Source of the DNA: Bacteroidota bacterium
GTDB lineage: Bacteria; Bacteroidota; Bacteroidia; Flavobacteriales_D; Crocinitomicaceae
Assembly (NCBI GenBank): GCA_041177985.1
Contig: JBEDAD010000286.1
Coordinates: 1-40,390, forward strand
Direction of reading: 5' to 3'
DNA: 40,390 nt
The number at the start of each line of letters is the position of its first letter. The first letter of the stretch is position 1. Positions 1-8,407 of this stretch are shown piece by piece. The notes beneath the pieces are model-generated. The model worked only from the letters and a program-made list of their open reading frames with translations. It made no database searches and had not been told where the DNA came from. Made by a program: the position numbers and the translations under genes.

Positions 1-95
1 CCGAATCTCAAGCTTTTTTGGAGATTTTTAACGAATTTTGTACTAGAAAAAAATGTCTGTCTTGTGATATTGGAATTCAACTGTTAAGTAAATGA
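1..95 (+). CDS. 3' end of an upstream ORF (tail ...EFCTRKKCLSCDIGIQLLSK*), possibly DUF2851-family
   Basis: The frame is open from the window edge (codons from nt 3) to TGA 93-95. It has a Cys-rich C-x7-C-x2-C tail, and its stop overlaps the next ATG as ATGA (92-95). The family guess rests on remembered DUF2851 C-termini and is unverified. Confidence 0.35.
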   Translation, partial: ESQAFLEIFNEFCTRKKCLSCDIGIQLLSK

Positions 96-328
96 GAACA
101 ATTCAAAAAATCATATTTTTCTTTGAAATGCGCCCCTTCGGTGTATGCAGATGGTGGGCAAGAAAACTTGGGATCAATATCTCTAAGGTAAGATTAGGAT
201 TTATTTATGCTTCCTTCCTTACTTTTGGTTCACCTTTGATTATCTATTTGATAATGGCGTGGATTTTAGAACATAAACATTACTTTAAATTTCAACGAAA
301 AAGAAGAGGTTCTATATGGGAACTATGA
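92..328 (+). CDS. PspC-domain small membrane protein
   Basis: 78-aa ORF. The N-terminal segment (PFGVCRWWARKLGINISKVRLGFI) followed by one TM helix (FLTFGSPLIIYLIMAWIL) matches the PspC-domain pattern. ATGA overlaps occur at both ends. Confidence 0.65.
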   Translation: MRTIQKIIFFFEMRPFGVCRWWARKLGINISKVRLGFIYASFLTFGSPLIIYLIMAWILEHKHYFKFQRKRRGSIWEL

Positions 329-1353
329 AAATTAATTTCAATTTCGCTATTTTTAAGAGGCTTTTCTTCTTCTTATTGCTGATGATATCAATCATTACTG
401 TTGGTACAATTGGTTTTATGTTCATCGAAGGTTGGAGTTTAGTCGATTCTGTTTACATGACGATAATTACAATGTCTACAGTAGGATTTGGAGAAGTCCA
501 AGAATTATCAATAGCAGGAAAAATATTTACTTCTTTTTTAATTGTTTCCTGTTTTGGGATTTTTGCTTACGCCATTTCAACAGTCACTCATTATATTGTA
601 GGTGGAGAATATGGCGACTATTTAAAGGAATATCGAATTATAAAAAAAATACATAAAATGGAAAATCATATCATTATTTGTGGCTTTGGAAGGGTTGGTA
701 AACAGGTCGCTAGTGATTTAAAGTTGCAAGGCCAATCCTTTATCATCCTTGAGAAAAATGAAACAGTAGTAACTAATCATAGAAAAAATACGGATTATAT
801 TTTTCTTCATGGAGACGCAACAAATGATGGTGTTTTGTTTAATGCAAATATTTCAAATGCTAAAGCCGTAATAACGTGCTTACCTAAGGACACGGACAAT
901 GTTTATGTTGTTTTAGCAGCACGAGAAATCAAAACTGAATTAATAATAGTTTCAAGAGCAACAGAAGTTGGAGCCGTTTCCAAGCTTAAAATGGCGGGCG
1001 CATCAAATGTTATCATGCCAGATTCAATTGGTGGATCGCACATGGCATCGTTAATTACAAATCCATCGGTAGCAGTTTTTATGGATTATTTAAAAGTTCA
1101 AGGAAAAAAAGGAGTGAATATAGAAAGTGTCAATTATGCTGAATTGCCAATAGAATTTCAAAATAAATCGATTGGTGAATTAGATGTAAAACGAAATATA
1201 GGAGTAACTATAATTGGATTTCAATCTCCAAGTGGTGATTATTTCATTAATCCCAATTTGGAAACTATAATTGTTCCTGATTCGCAATTGTTCATACTTG
1301 GTACATCTGAACAGATACAAAAAATGAATACGCAACTGGGATTAAAAATTTAA
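316..1353 (+). CDS. two-TM potassium channel with RCK (TrkA-N / TrkA-C) domains
   Basis: Pore helix plus selectivity-filter-like TMSTVGFGE flanked by two TM helices. It carries a Rossmann motif (IIICGFGRVGKQV) and a C-terminal TrkA-C-like domain. The alternative start ATG 325 overlaps the PspC stop (ATGA 325-328) and may be the real start. Confidence 0.85.
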   Translation: MGTMKINFNFAIFKRLFFFLLLMISIITVGTIGFMFIEGWSLVDSVYMTIITMSTVGFGEVQELSIAGKIFTSFLIVSCFGIFAYAISTVTHYIVGGEYGDYLKEYRIIKKIHKMENHIIICGFGRVGKQVASDLKLQGQSFIILEKNETVVTNHRKNTDYIFLHGDATNDGVLFNANISNAKAVITCLPKDTDNVYVVLAAREIKTELIIVSRATEVGAVSKLKMAGASNVIMPDSIGGSHMASLITNPSVAVFMDYLKVQGKKGVNIESVNYAELPIEFQNKSIGELDVKRNIGVTIIGFQSPSGDYFINPNLETIIVPDSQLFILGTSEQIQKMNTQLGLKI

Positions 1354-1375
1354 TCAAAAGTAAAGACCAATTAAA

Positions 1376-2257
1376 ATGAAAATACTTATTACCGGATCTA
1401 ACGGATTATTAGGGCAAAAAATTGTTGCACAAGCCATAAAACATACTATTCCATTCTTAGCAACCTCTATCGGAGAAAACAGGAATAGTAATTGTCCAGA
1501 GCAAAATTATTGTGCTTTGGATATTACAAATAGATCTGAAGTCATGGAATGTGTCAAAAGGTATCATCCAACCCATATTCTGCATACGGCAGCGATGACA
1601 AATGTGGATCAATGTGAATTAAATCCAGAAGCGTGCAGAACAGTCAATACTTTAGCGGTGGTATACCTTTTTTCTGCTGCAAAGGAAGTGAATGCACATT
1701 TTCAATTACTTTCCACTGATTTTGTTTTTGATGGCGAAAAAGGGAATTATACTGAGGAAGACAGCGTTAATCCGCTTAGTGTTTATGCCGATTCAAAAGT
1801 GCAGGCAGAGAAGTTACTTTTAGTAGATAATTATACTAATTGGTCGATTGTTCGAACTATCATCGTATATGGTGTTGGAGAAAATTTATCGAGAACAAAT
1901 ATTGTTTGTTGGGCAAAAAGCGCGCTACAAAAGGGCGAGACATTAACGATTGTTGACGATCAATTTCGTTCACCAACTTGGGCAGATGATCTTGCTTGGG
2001 CATGTTTGGAAATTACGCGACGAGAGGAAAGAGGAATTTTTCATATCTCTGGACCCGAAACAATGTCGATCTATGCACTCGTGCGAAGAATTGCAGAATA
2101 CTATAATTTACCAACAGACAACCTGAAAAAATCTAAAAGTTCCGAATTGAATCAACCTGCAAGTCGGCCTCCCAAAACTGGTTTTAATTTGACAAAGGCC
2201 AAAAATAGATTAGGATATGCTCCCAAGACAATTGAGGAAACACTTGATTTGATTTAA
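1376..2257 (+). CDS. SDR-family sugar-nucleotide reductase, dTDP-4-dehydrorhamnose reductase (RfbD/RmlD)-like
   Basis: N-terminal ILITGSNGLLG, then HTAAMTNVDQCE, STDFVFDG and the catalytic YADSK motif. The length (293 aa) is typical of RmlD-type enzymes. Confidence 0.7.
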   Translation: MKILITGSNGLLGQKIVAQAIKHTIPFLATSIGENRNSNCPEQNYCALDITNRSEVMECVKRYHPTHILHTAAMTNVDQCELNPEACRTVNTLAVVYLFSAAKEVNAHFQLLSTDFVFDGEKGNYTEEDSVNPLSVYADSKVQAEKLLLVDNYTNWSIVRTIIVYGVGENLSRTNIVCWAKSALQKGETLTIVDDQFRSPTWADDLAWACLEITRREERGIFHISGPETMSIYALVRRIAEYYNLPTDNLKKSKSSELNQPASRPPKTGFNLTKAKNRLGYAPKTIEETLDLI

Positions 2258-2306
2258 TCTTCTTAAAAGAAAAAATTAGTATATTCGTCCAAACTAAAAT
2301 AAACGT

Positions 2307-3824
2307 ATGTCTAATACTGAAACTTCCGGCTGGGGATCCCGTGTCGGTTTAATTCTGGCAATGGCTGGTAATGCTGTTGGATTAGGAAATTTTCTTCGTT
2401 TTCCTGCTCAAGCAATTGAAAATGGCGGAGGCGCATTTATCATTCCTTACTTGGTTTGTTTTCTCTTGATGGGTTTGCCATTATTGTTCGTAGAGTGGTC
2501 AATGGGACGTTATGGCGGGAAGTTTAAACAGCATAGTACCCCTTTTATTTTTGACTCAATGAGTAAGGCGCCATATTGGAAATATTTTGGTGTTTTTGGG
2601 ATTTTCACAAATATTGCAGTGGCAGCCTTTTACTGTTATTTAGAATCTTGGGCATTGTCATGGGCTTATTATTCTGTAGCAGGCACGTTTACAGGAATGT
2701 CACTGGTAGAAGTTCAGTCTTTCTTTCAAAACTACATTGAGCTTGGAACTAGTCATCCAGTTGTATTTTGGTTAATATGTTTAATAATTAATACTTGGAT
2801 ACTTTCACGTGGTTTAAGCGGGGGAGTTGAAAAAGTCGCAAAAATTGGAATGCCATTACTATTGGTTTTTGGTTTAATTTTAGGTGTTACAGGTGTGACA
2901 ATGCAAGCAGGAACAGGCGGTTCAGGACCGATAAATGATGGTCTTGTTGGTTTGAATTATTTATGGAATCCAGATTTTAGTTCCATTTGGAGTTTTGATG
3001 TGTGGGTTGCTGCCGCAGGACAAATATTCTTTACACTTTCATTGGGTATGGGGAGTATACATTGTTATGCTTCTTATTTAAATTCTAAAGAGGATATTGC
3101 CTTGAATGCAATGAGCGCTGGATGGATGAATGAGTTTGTTGAAGTTGTATTGGGTTCCATGATTATCATTCCAATTTCGATAGGATATCTCGGAATAGAT
3201 GCTATTTCAGATATGGTTTCTGGTGGTTCTGGACTAGGAATTGGGTTTTCAGTATTGCCAAAACTTTTTGCTGATTGGGGAGCTTTTGGAGTTTTCGCAG
3301 GAGTGATGTGGTTTGGTTTACTATTCTTCGCAGGAATTACCTCCTCTTTAGCAATGGGAACTCCAGTTATGGGATTTTTGAGTGACAATTTTGGTTGGAA
3401 AGAAAAAAAATCAGCATGGGCATTTGGAGCAATAATTTTTTTACTCGGTATTCCGTGTGTGTTAAGTCCAGATGCATTCAATGAGTTTGATTATTGGGCT
3501 GGAACAATTGCACTTGTTGTATTTGCCCTAGTTGAAATTATACTTTTTGCATGGGTATTTGGCATGGACAAAGGTTGGAGAGAAATAACAACAGGATCGG
3601 ACATTAAAGTGCCTATGATTTTTAAATTTATTATCAAGTATGTTTCCCCATTATTTTTATTGATTGTTTTTGGCGGTGCAATACCAGGAATCATAGAAAA
3701 TGCAACGAAAGAAACTAGTTTTTATGGGTGGTTAGCACGTTTCTTATTACTTGGGTTATTTGTCGCTATTTCAGTATTAGTTTATATTGCTGCTAAACGA
3801 AATTTTAAAACTAAATTATATTAA
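2307..3824 (+). CDS. sodium-dependent transporter, neurotransmitter:sodium symporter (NSS/SNF) family
   Basis: Hallmark N-terminus (WGSRVGLILAMAGNAVGLGNFLRFP) and a roughly 12-TM profile over 505 aa. Confidence 0.9.
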   Translation: MSNTETSGWGSRVGLILAMAGNAVGLGNFLRFPAQAIENGGGAFIIPYLVCFLLMGLPLLFVEWSMGRYGGKFKQHSTPFIFDSMSKAPYWKYFGVFGIFTNIAVAAFYCYLESWALSWAYYSVAGTFTGMSLVEVQSFFQNYIELGTSHPVVFWLICLIINTWILSRGLSGGVEKVAKIGMPLLLVFGLILGVTGVTMQAGTGGSGPINDGLVGLNYLWNPDFSSIWSFDVWVAAAGQIFFTLSLGMGSIHCYASYLNSKEDIALNAMSAGWMNEFVEVVLGSMIIIPISIGYLGIDAISDMVSGGSGLGIGFSVLPKLFADWGAFGVFAGVMWFGLLFFAGITSSLAMGTPVMGFLSDNFGWKEKKSAWAFGAIIFLLGIPCVLSPDAFNEFDYWAGTIALVVFALVEIILFAWVFGMDKGWREITTGSDIKVPMIFKFIIKYVSPLFLLIVFGGAIPGIIENATKETSFYGWLARFLLLGLFVAISVLVYIAAKRNFKTKLY

Positions 3825-3832
3825 AAAAAAAT

Positions 3833-3976
3833 ATGGAAACTCCCGCATTGATATTGATTACAATAGTCTGGTCATCAGTTACTTTGATAACAGGATATTT
3901 CTTTTATAAAGTTTTGACGATACCAAAGAACCCGGAACCAGATTCGTTTAGTGAAAATGATGATGATCCTCAATAG
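3833..3976 (+). CDS. 47-aa single-TM protein, candidate NSS-transporter small subunit (MetS-like)
   Basis: Hand translation gives METPALILITIVWSSVTLITGYFFYKVLTIPKNPEPDSFSENDDDPQ*. It starts 8 nt after the NSS stop and has one TM helix plus an acidic tail. It is below the ORF-track length cutoff. Confidence 0.5.
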   Translation: METPALILITIVWSSVTLITGYFFYKVLTIPKNPEPDSFSENDDDPQ

Positions 3977-3987
3977 AAATTGCAAAT

Positions 3988-4857
3988 ATGGGTGATATGA
4001 ATCCATTTTTTGTTTCAAAAAGGAGTAAAAGAGGCGTTTTTATTTTTATCATCATTTCTCTTTTAGTTGTCTTTACACCAAGAATTTTGTTTTCACTGAA
4101 ACAGGAAGAGACTTTCATTGTATCATCGGAAACAATAAAAGAGTTAAAACGGAGCGCCTATAAATCAAATTATAAGCGAAAGAAATACAAAAACAACTAT
4201 AAAAAGAAAAACCGATTTAAAATTCCACCAGTTAAATTCAATCCAAATAGCTATTCTATGGAAGAATGGATGTATTTGGGACTAAGCAACAAGCAAGCGG
4301 CGGTTGTTTTAAAATTCACCGAACGAGGTGTTTATTCTAATGAACAACTAAAGAAAATAGTTTTTATTCCAAATCAATTATACAATCTTATTAAAGATTC
4401 GACTATTTATCCGGATAAAGTAGATTTTGCATCGGAAAAGAAGAAAGAAACGAAACTATTTTCTCGGATTGAATTAAATGGAGCGGATCAAGAAAAGCTC
4501 GAAGAAATCCCAGGAATCGGTACTTTTTTTGCTAAGAACATCTTAAAACACCGCGATAGACTTGGTGGATTTTTACGCAAAGAACAACTTTTAGAAGTTT
4601 GGAAATTTGATATTGAAAAACTTAATGCGATAGAGCAATACATTGAAGTGGATTCGGAAAAAATTAAACGTATCGAATTAAATACAATTTCTGTGGAGGA
4701 ACTAAAGGACCATCCTTATTTGAATTGGAGTGCGGCAAATTCAATAATTAAAATAAGAGCCCAAAAAGGTAGATTTAAATCAATCGAAGAAATAAAAGAA
4801 TCGGTTTTAATGGATGAAGAAATGTTTGAAAAATTAAAACCATATTTAACTTTGTGA
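3988..4857 (+). CDS. ComEA-like helix-hairpin-helix DNA-binding protein with N-terminal membrane anchor
   Basis: N-terminal TM segment (GVFIFIIISLLVVF), a Lys-rich linker, and repeated HhH-type segments (LEEIPGIGTFFAKNILKHRDRLGGF; ELKDHPYLNWSAANSIIKIRAQKGRFKSIEEI). Confidence 0.7.
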   Translation: MGDMNPFFVSKRSKRGVFIFIIISLLVVFTPRILFSLKQEETFIVSSETIKELKRSAYKSNYKRKKYKNNYKKKNRFKIPPVKFNPNSYSMEEWMYLGLSNKQAAVVLKFTERGVYSNEQLKKIVFIPNQLYNLIKDSTIYPDKVDFASEKKKETKLFSRIELNGADQEKLEEIPGIGTFFAKNILKHRDRLGGFLRKEQLLEVWKFDIEKLNAIEQYIEVDSEKIKRIELNTISVEELKDHPYLNWSAANSIIKIRAQKGRFKSIEEIKESVLMDEEMFEKLKPYLTL

Positions 4858-4858
4858 A

Positions 4859-5389
4859 ATGAATTTGGAAGAAAGAATAAAAAGTGTAATTAGGGACGTG
4901 CCAGATTTCCCTAAGGAAGGAATAATTTTCAAAGATATTTCAACTATCATGTTGGATCCTACTTTATCAGCGGATATTATTGACCACCTTGTTGAAATGT
5001 ATAAAGACTTAGGAATTGAAGCCGTTGCTGGCATTGAAAGTAGGGGTTTCTTATTTGGTTATCCACTCGCAATTCGTTTGGGGGTTCCCTTTATTTTGAT
5101 TCGAAAACAAGGTAAATTACCGTATAAAAAAATAAGCCATGATTACGAATTGGAATACGGTACTGCGACAATTGAAATGCATACCGATGCAATAAAGCCT
5201 GGGCAAAAAGTTCTTATTCACGATGATTTATTAGCAACTGGAGGTTCCGCTTCCGCTGCAGCAGAATTGATTCAAAAATGTGGTGGAGAAGTTTTTGGAT
5301 TTAACTTTTTGGTATCCTTAAGCTTTCTCGACGGCGAAAAAAAACTTCAGAATTACAGTAAAAACACAATTAACTTAGTCAGCTACTAA
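4859..5389 (+). CDS. apt: adenine phosphoribosyltransferase
   Basis: 176 aa with FPKEGIIFKDIS near the N-terminus and the PRPP-binding motif VLIHDDLLATGGSA. Confidence 0.9.
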   Translation: MNLEERIKSVIRDVPDFPKEGIIFKDISTIMLDPTLSADIIDHLVEMYKDLGIEAVAGIESRGFLFGYPLAIRLGVPFILIRKQGKLPYKKISHDYELEYGTATIEMHTDAIKPGQKVLIHDDLLATGGSASAAAELIQKCGGEVFGFNFLVSLSFLDGEKKLQNYSKNTINLVSY

Positions 5390-5424
5390 ATAGTTATAAT
5401 AAACACCAACAAACAAGCAAAGAG

Positions 5425-6564
5425 ATGAATTTTGAATTAAACGAAAATCAAAAGATGATTGCGCAAATGGTGCGTGATTTTTCTGAAAAAGAGATCAAAC
5501 CAAACATGAAAAAATGGGACGATGATGAAATTTTCCCTGTTGAAACTATCAAAAAAATCGGCGATCTTGGTCTTTTGGGCATTTATATTCCTGAAGTTTA
5601 TGGTGGTTCGGGTTTCGGCTATTTCGAATATGTTACTGCTCTAATTGAATTAGGAAAAGTGTGTGGAGGTATTGGATTGAGCGTGGCAGCTCATAATTCA
5701 TTGTGTACTGGACATATTTATTACCATGGAAATAAAGAACAAAAGAAAAAATATTTGCCTAAACTAGCTAGTGGCGAGTGGATTGGTTCATGGGGATTAA
5801 CAGAGCCAAACACAGGTTCGGATGCTATGCGAATGAAAACTGTAGCAAAAAAAGATGGCGATTATTGGGTTATAAATGGCGCTAAAAATTGGATTACACA
5901 TGGTCTTTCTGGCGATGTTGCTGTTGTTTTGGTTCGGACAGGTGAACTTTTAGATAGTAATGGAATCACGGCCTTTATCATTGAAAAGGGAACGCCTGGG
6001 TTTTCTGCAGTCAAAATAAAAGATAAGTTTGGTGTGCGTGCTAGCGAAACGGCAGAATTAATCTTTGATAATGTTCGCGTGCACGAAAGTAATGTTATCG
6101 GTGAAGTAGGAATGGGTTTCAAACAGGCGATGCAGATTTTGGATGGAGGAAGGATTTCTATTGCCGCATTGAGTTGTGGCGTTGCTAGAGGGGCATTTGA
6201 AGCTTCTGTAAAGTACGCAAAAGAACGAGAACAATTTGGTCAGCCAATAGCTAATTTTCAAGCGATAGGGTTTAAGCTCGCAGATATGGCGACTCAAGTT
6301 GAAGCTGCAGAATTATTGACTTTTCAAGCGGCCGATTTAAAAAACCGTAAGCAATCTCTTACTAAAGAAGGCGCTTTCGCCAAATTGTATGCAAGTGAAG
6401 TGGCTGTAAAATGCGGTAATGAAGCAATGCAAATTATGGGAGGTTACGGTTACACAAAAGAATATCCTGCAGAAAAATACCTGCGAGATGCAAGATTAAT
6501 GACAATCGGAGAAGGAACATCCGAAATTCAAAAAATTGTAATTTCAAGAGAAATTTTAAAATAA
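5425..6564 (+). CDS. acyl-CoA dehydrogenase (short/medium-chain type)
   Basis: 379 aa with ACAD signatures (GLTEPNTGSDA, QFGQPIANFQAIGFKLADM, and a GGYGYTKEYPAEKYLRDARLMTIGEGTSEIQ tail). Confidence 0.9.
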   Translation: MNFELNENQKMIAQMVRDFSEKEIKPNMKKWDDDEIFPVETIKKIGDLGLLGIYIPEVYGGSGFGYFEYVTALIELGKVCGGIGLSVAAHNSLCTGHIYYHGNKEQKKKYLPKLASGEWIGSWGLTEPNTGSDAMRMKTVAKKDGDYWVINGAKNWITHGLSGDVAVVLVRTGELLDSNGITAFIIEKGTPGFSAVKIKDKFGVRASETAELIFDNVRVHESNVIGEVGMGFKQAMQILDGGRISIAALSCGVARGAFEASVKYAKEREQFGQPIANFQAIGFKLADMATQVEAAELLTFQAADLKNRKQSLTKEGAFAKLYASEVAVKCGNEAMQIMGGYGYTKEYPAEKYLRDARLMTIGEGTSEIQKIVISREILK

Positions 6565-6578
6565 GTATTAAATATGTA

Positions 6579-6608
6579 TTGTGTATAAATATTTTGTTTA
6601 TATCTTTG
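6579..6608 (+). promoter_or_regulatory. candidate Bacteroidota-type promoter for rpsU (TTG -33 / TATCTTTG -7)
   Basis: TTG at 6579-6581 and TAnnTTTG-matching TATCTTTG at 6601-6608, with a 19-nt spacer, about 45 nt upstream of the rpsU ATG. Confidence 0.4.
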
Positions 6609-6653
6609 CAGCCCCAACAGAGGTAAAAAATAAAAAACTTAATATTTCATAAT

Positions 6654-6845
6654 ATGCTAATTATTCCGGTAAAAGAAGGAGAAAACATCGAAAGAGCGCT
6701 TAAGAAGTACAAAAAGAAGTACGATAAGACCAATGTAATGAAAGAATTGCGTCGTCGTAAAGAATTTGTAAAGCCATCGATCATTAATCGTCAGGCAAAC
6801 ATCAAAGCTGCTTACGTTCAAAGATTGCGTTCAGCAGAATTGTAG
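6654..6845 (+). CDS. rpsU: 30S ribosomal protein S21
   Basis: 63-aa basic protein (MLIIPVKEGENIERALKKYKKK...RRRKEFVKPS) typical of bS21. Confidence 0.9.
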   Translation: MLIIPVKEGENIERALKKYKKKYDKTNVMKELRRRKEFVKPSIINRQANIKAAYVQRLRSAEL

Positions 6846-6868
6846 TAACATATTTTGAAAAGATACGT

Positions 6869-6893
6869 AAAGGAGCCTATGGCTCCTTTTTTT
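6869..6893 (+). terminator. rho-independent terminator after rpsU
   Basis: Perfect 9-bp stem AAAGGAGCC / GGCTCCTTT with a TAT loop, followed by a T-run (6887-6893). Confidence 0.6.
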
Positions 6894-7775
6894 GTGCTCG
6901 ATAGTTTTATAAATTTTCTTCATGTCGAAAAACGATATTCGGAGCATACTACAATTGCATATAAAAAGGATCTTGAACAATTTTTTGATTTTTCTGAAAT
7001 TTCAAAAGCAGAAGATTTGGGGGATGTAAATCACCATTTGGTTAGGTCTTGGATTGTCGCACTAATTGATAATGGAATTGAAAATAAATCCGTAAATCGG
7101 AAATTATCCTCTCTTCGTTCTTTTTACAAGTGGCTTAGAAAAGAAAATGTAACAGCTGCAAATCCATTGGCTAAAATTAGAGGCCCAAAAAGCAGCAAAC
7201 GACTTCCTTCATTTGTGAAAGAATCGGAACTCAAAGATGAAAATTTAAACCAATATTTTTCGGATGATTTTGAAGGGATTCAGGACCGCTTAATTTTAGA
7301 ATTATTCTATCAGACAGGCATTCGATTGAATGAATTAATTCAACTTAAAGATTCCGATATTCAAAACGAATCCATAAAAGTTTTAGGGAAAAGAAATAAA
7401 GAAAGGCTTATCCCAGTTTCGAATGATTTAACTTCCAAGATTATCGAATTTAAAAAATTGAAACAAGAGCAACGTATAAATGCTCCCTTTTTCTTTTCCT
7501 TGAAAAATGGCAATAAGTTATATCCAAAATATGTTTATCGAAAAATCCATTTATACTTAACTAAAGCAACTAGTATAGAAAAACGCAGTCCGCACATGCT
7601 TCGTCATACATTTGCTACACATATGTTAAACAATGGAGCAGGTTTGGAAACATTAAAAGACATTCTAGGACACGCAAATCTTTCTGCAACTCAAATTTAT
7701 ACGCATAACTCGTTTTCAAAACTAACAACTATTTATTCCCAAGCTCACCCAAGAGGTAGTAAGGATAAAGCTTGA
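6879..7775 (+). CDS. tyrosine recombinase, XerC/XerD family
   Basis: N-terminal SAM-like domain (FLHVEKRYSEHTTIAYKKDLEQF) and C-terminal catalytic region (HMLRHTFATHML...LGHANLSATQIYTH). The start is uncertain. The tracked TTG 6855 lies upstream of the rpsU terminator, ATG 6879 sits in the hairpin loop, and GTG 6894 follows the T-run. Confidence 0.8.
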   Translation: MAPFFVLDSFINFLHVEKRYSEHTTIAYKKDLEQFFDFSEISKAEDLGDVNHHLVRSWIVALIDNGIENKSVNRKLSSLRSFYKWLRKENVTAANPLAKIRGPKSSKRLPSFVKESELKDENLNQYFSDDFEGIQDRLILELFYQTGIRLNELIQLKDSDIQNESIKVLGKRNKERLIPVSNDLTSKIIEFKKLKQEQRINAPFFFSLKNGNKLYPKYVYRKIHLYLTKATSIEKRSPHMLRHTFATHMLNNGAGLETLKDILGHANLSATQIYTHNSFSKLTTIYSQAHPRGSKDKA

Positions 7776-7972
7776 AAACAGAGTGTCAACTTTTAGTTTC
7801 ATTAAAAAGACGCTTTAAAGGACAATTATTATTAGACATTGCCCAAATGATTCCTTAGTTATTTTATCAGTTTTACACATTGAAAAGTATTCTAAAGTCT
7901 ATAAAATCAATCTTATATAAAGTGAATTGTTTTGTCCGTTAAATTATTTTTGAAAAAAATCAAAAAAAAGTA

Positions 7973-8002
7973 TTGTTTAAACGGAATAGTTTCATAAATT
8001 TG
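7973..8002 (+). promoter_or_regulatory. candidate promoter for the tRNA-tuf operon (TTG -33 / TAAATTTG -7)
   Basis: TTG at 7973-7975 and TAAATTTG at 7995-8002, with a 19-nt spacer, about 60 nt upstream of the first tRNA. Confidence 0.4.
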
Positions 8003-8064
8003 CAAACCCAAAACGGGAGAAACATTTTAATTAGTTCTTTTAAATTATTGAAATACCAACATGT

Positions 8065-8138
8065 GCCGATGTAGCTCAGCTGGCTAGAGCAGCTGATTTG
8101 TAATCAGCAGGTCGGGGGTTCGAGTCCCTCCATCGGCT
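8065..8138 (+). tRNA. tRNA-Thr (anticodon UGU)
   Basis: Hand-folded cloverleaf with acceptor GCCGATG/CATCGGC, D-arm GCTC..GAGC, anticodon loop TTTGTAA and T-arm GGGGG-TTCGAGT-CCCTC. Length 74 nt. Confidence 0.9.
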
Positions 8139-8146
8139 CAATTTTT

Positions 8147-8228
8147 GGGGGTGTCGCATAGTGGCTATTGCAGCAGACTGTAAATCTGTCACCGTAAGGT
8201 ATCGTTGGTTCGAGTCCATCCACCCCCA
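8147..8228 (+). tRNA. tRNA-Tyr (anticodon GUA)
   Basis: Acceptor GGGGGTG/CACCCCC, anticodon loop CTGTAAA, long variable arm and GGTTCGAGTCC T-loop. Length 82 nt. Confidence 0.9.
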
Positions 8229-8245
8229 CAATATATTTTTTTTAA

Positions 8246-8318
8246 GCGGGAGTAGCTCAGTTGGTAGAGCGTCAGCCTTCCAAGCTGAGGGTCGCGAGTT
8301 CGAGTCTCGTCTCCCGCT
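8246..8318 (+). tRNA. tRNA-Gly (anticodon UCC)
   Basis: Acceptor GCGGGAG/CTCCCGC, anticodon stem-loop TCAGC-CTTCCAA-GCTGA and T-arm GCGAG-TTCGAGT-CTCGT. Length 73 nt. Confidence 0.9.
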
Positions 8319-8335
8319 CAATTTTGAAAGAAGAA

Positions 8336-8407
8336 GCCGGTGTAGCTCAGGGGTAGAGCGCTTCCTTGGTAAGGAAGAGGTCACGAGTTCAATTCTCGTC
8401 ATTGGCT
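8336..8407 (+). tRNA. tRNA-Thr (anticodon GGU)
   Basis: Acceptor GCCGGTG/CATTGGC (two G-U pairs), anticodon stem-loop CTTCC-TTGGTAA-GGAAG and T-arm ACGAG-TTCAATT-CTCGT. Length 72 nt. The Thr-Tyr-Gly-Thr-tuf order mirrors the E. coli thrU-tyrU-glyT-thrT-tufB operon. Confidence 0.9.

Noticed and set aside
3074-3694. Antisense ORFs within the NSS transporter gene (3074-3481 and 3491-3694, minus strand)
   Set aside because: They are fully nested opposite a well-supported 505-aa transporter, and I could not recognise any domain in them.
6855-7775. Xer-type tyrosine recombinase as a marker of an integrated mobile element
   Set aside because: It sits in the conserved rpsU-recombinase-tRNA-tuf arrangement of Bacteroidota. 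I saw no flanking direct repeats, cargo genes or tRNA-3'-end duplication, so it is most likely the housekeeping recombinase.
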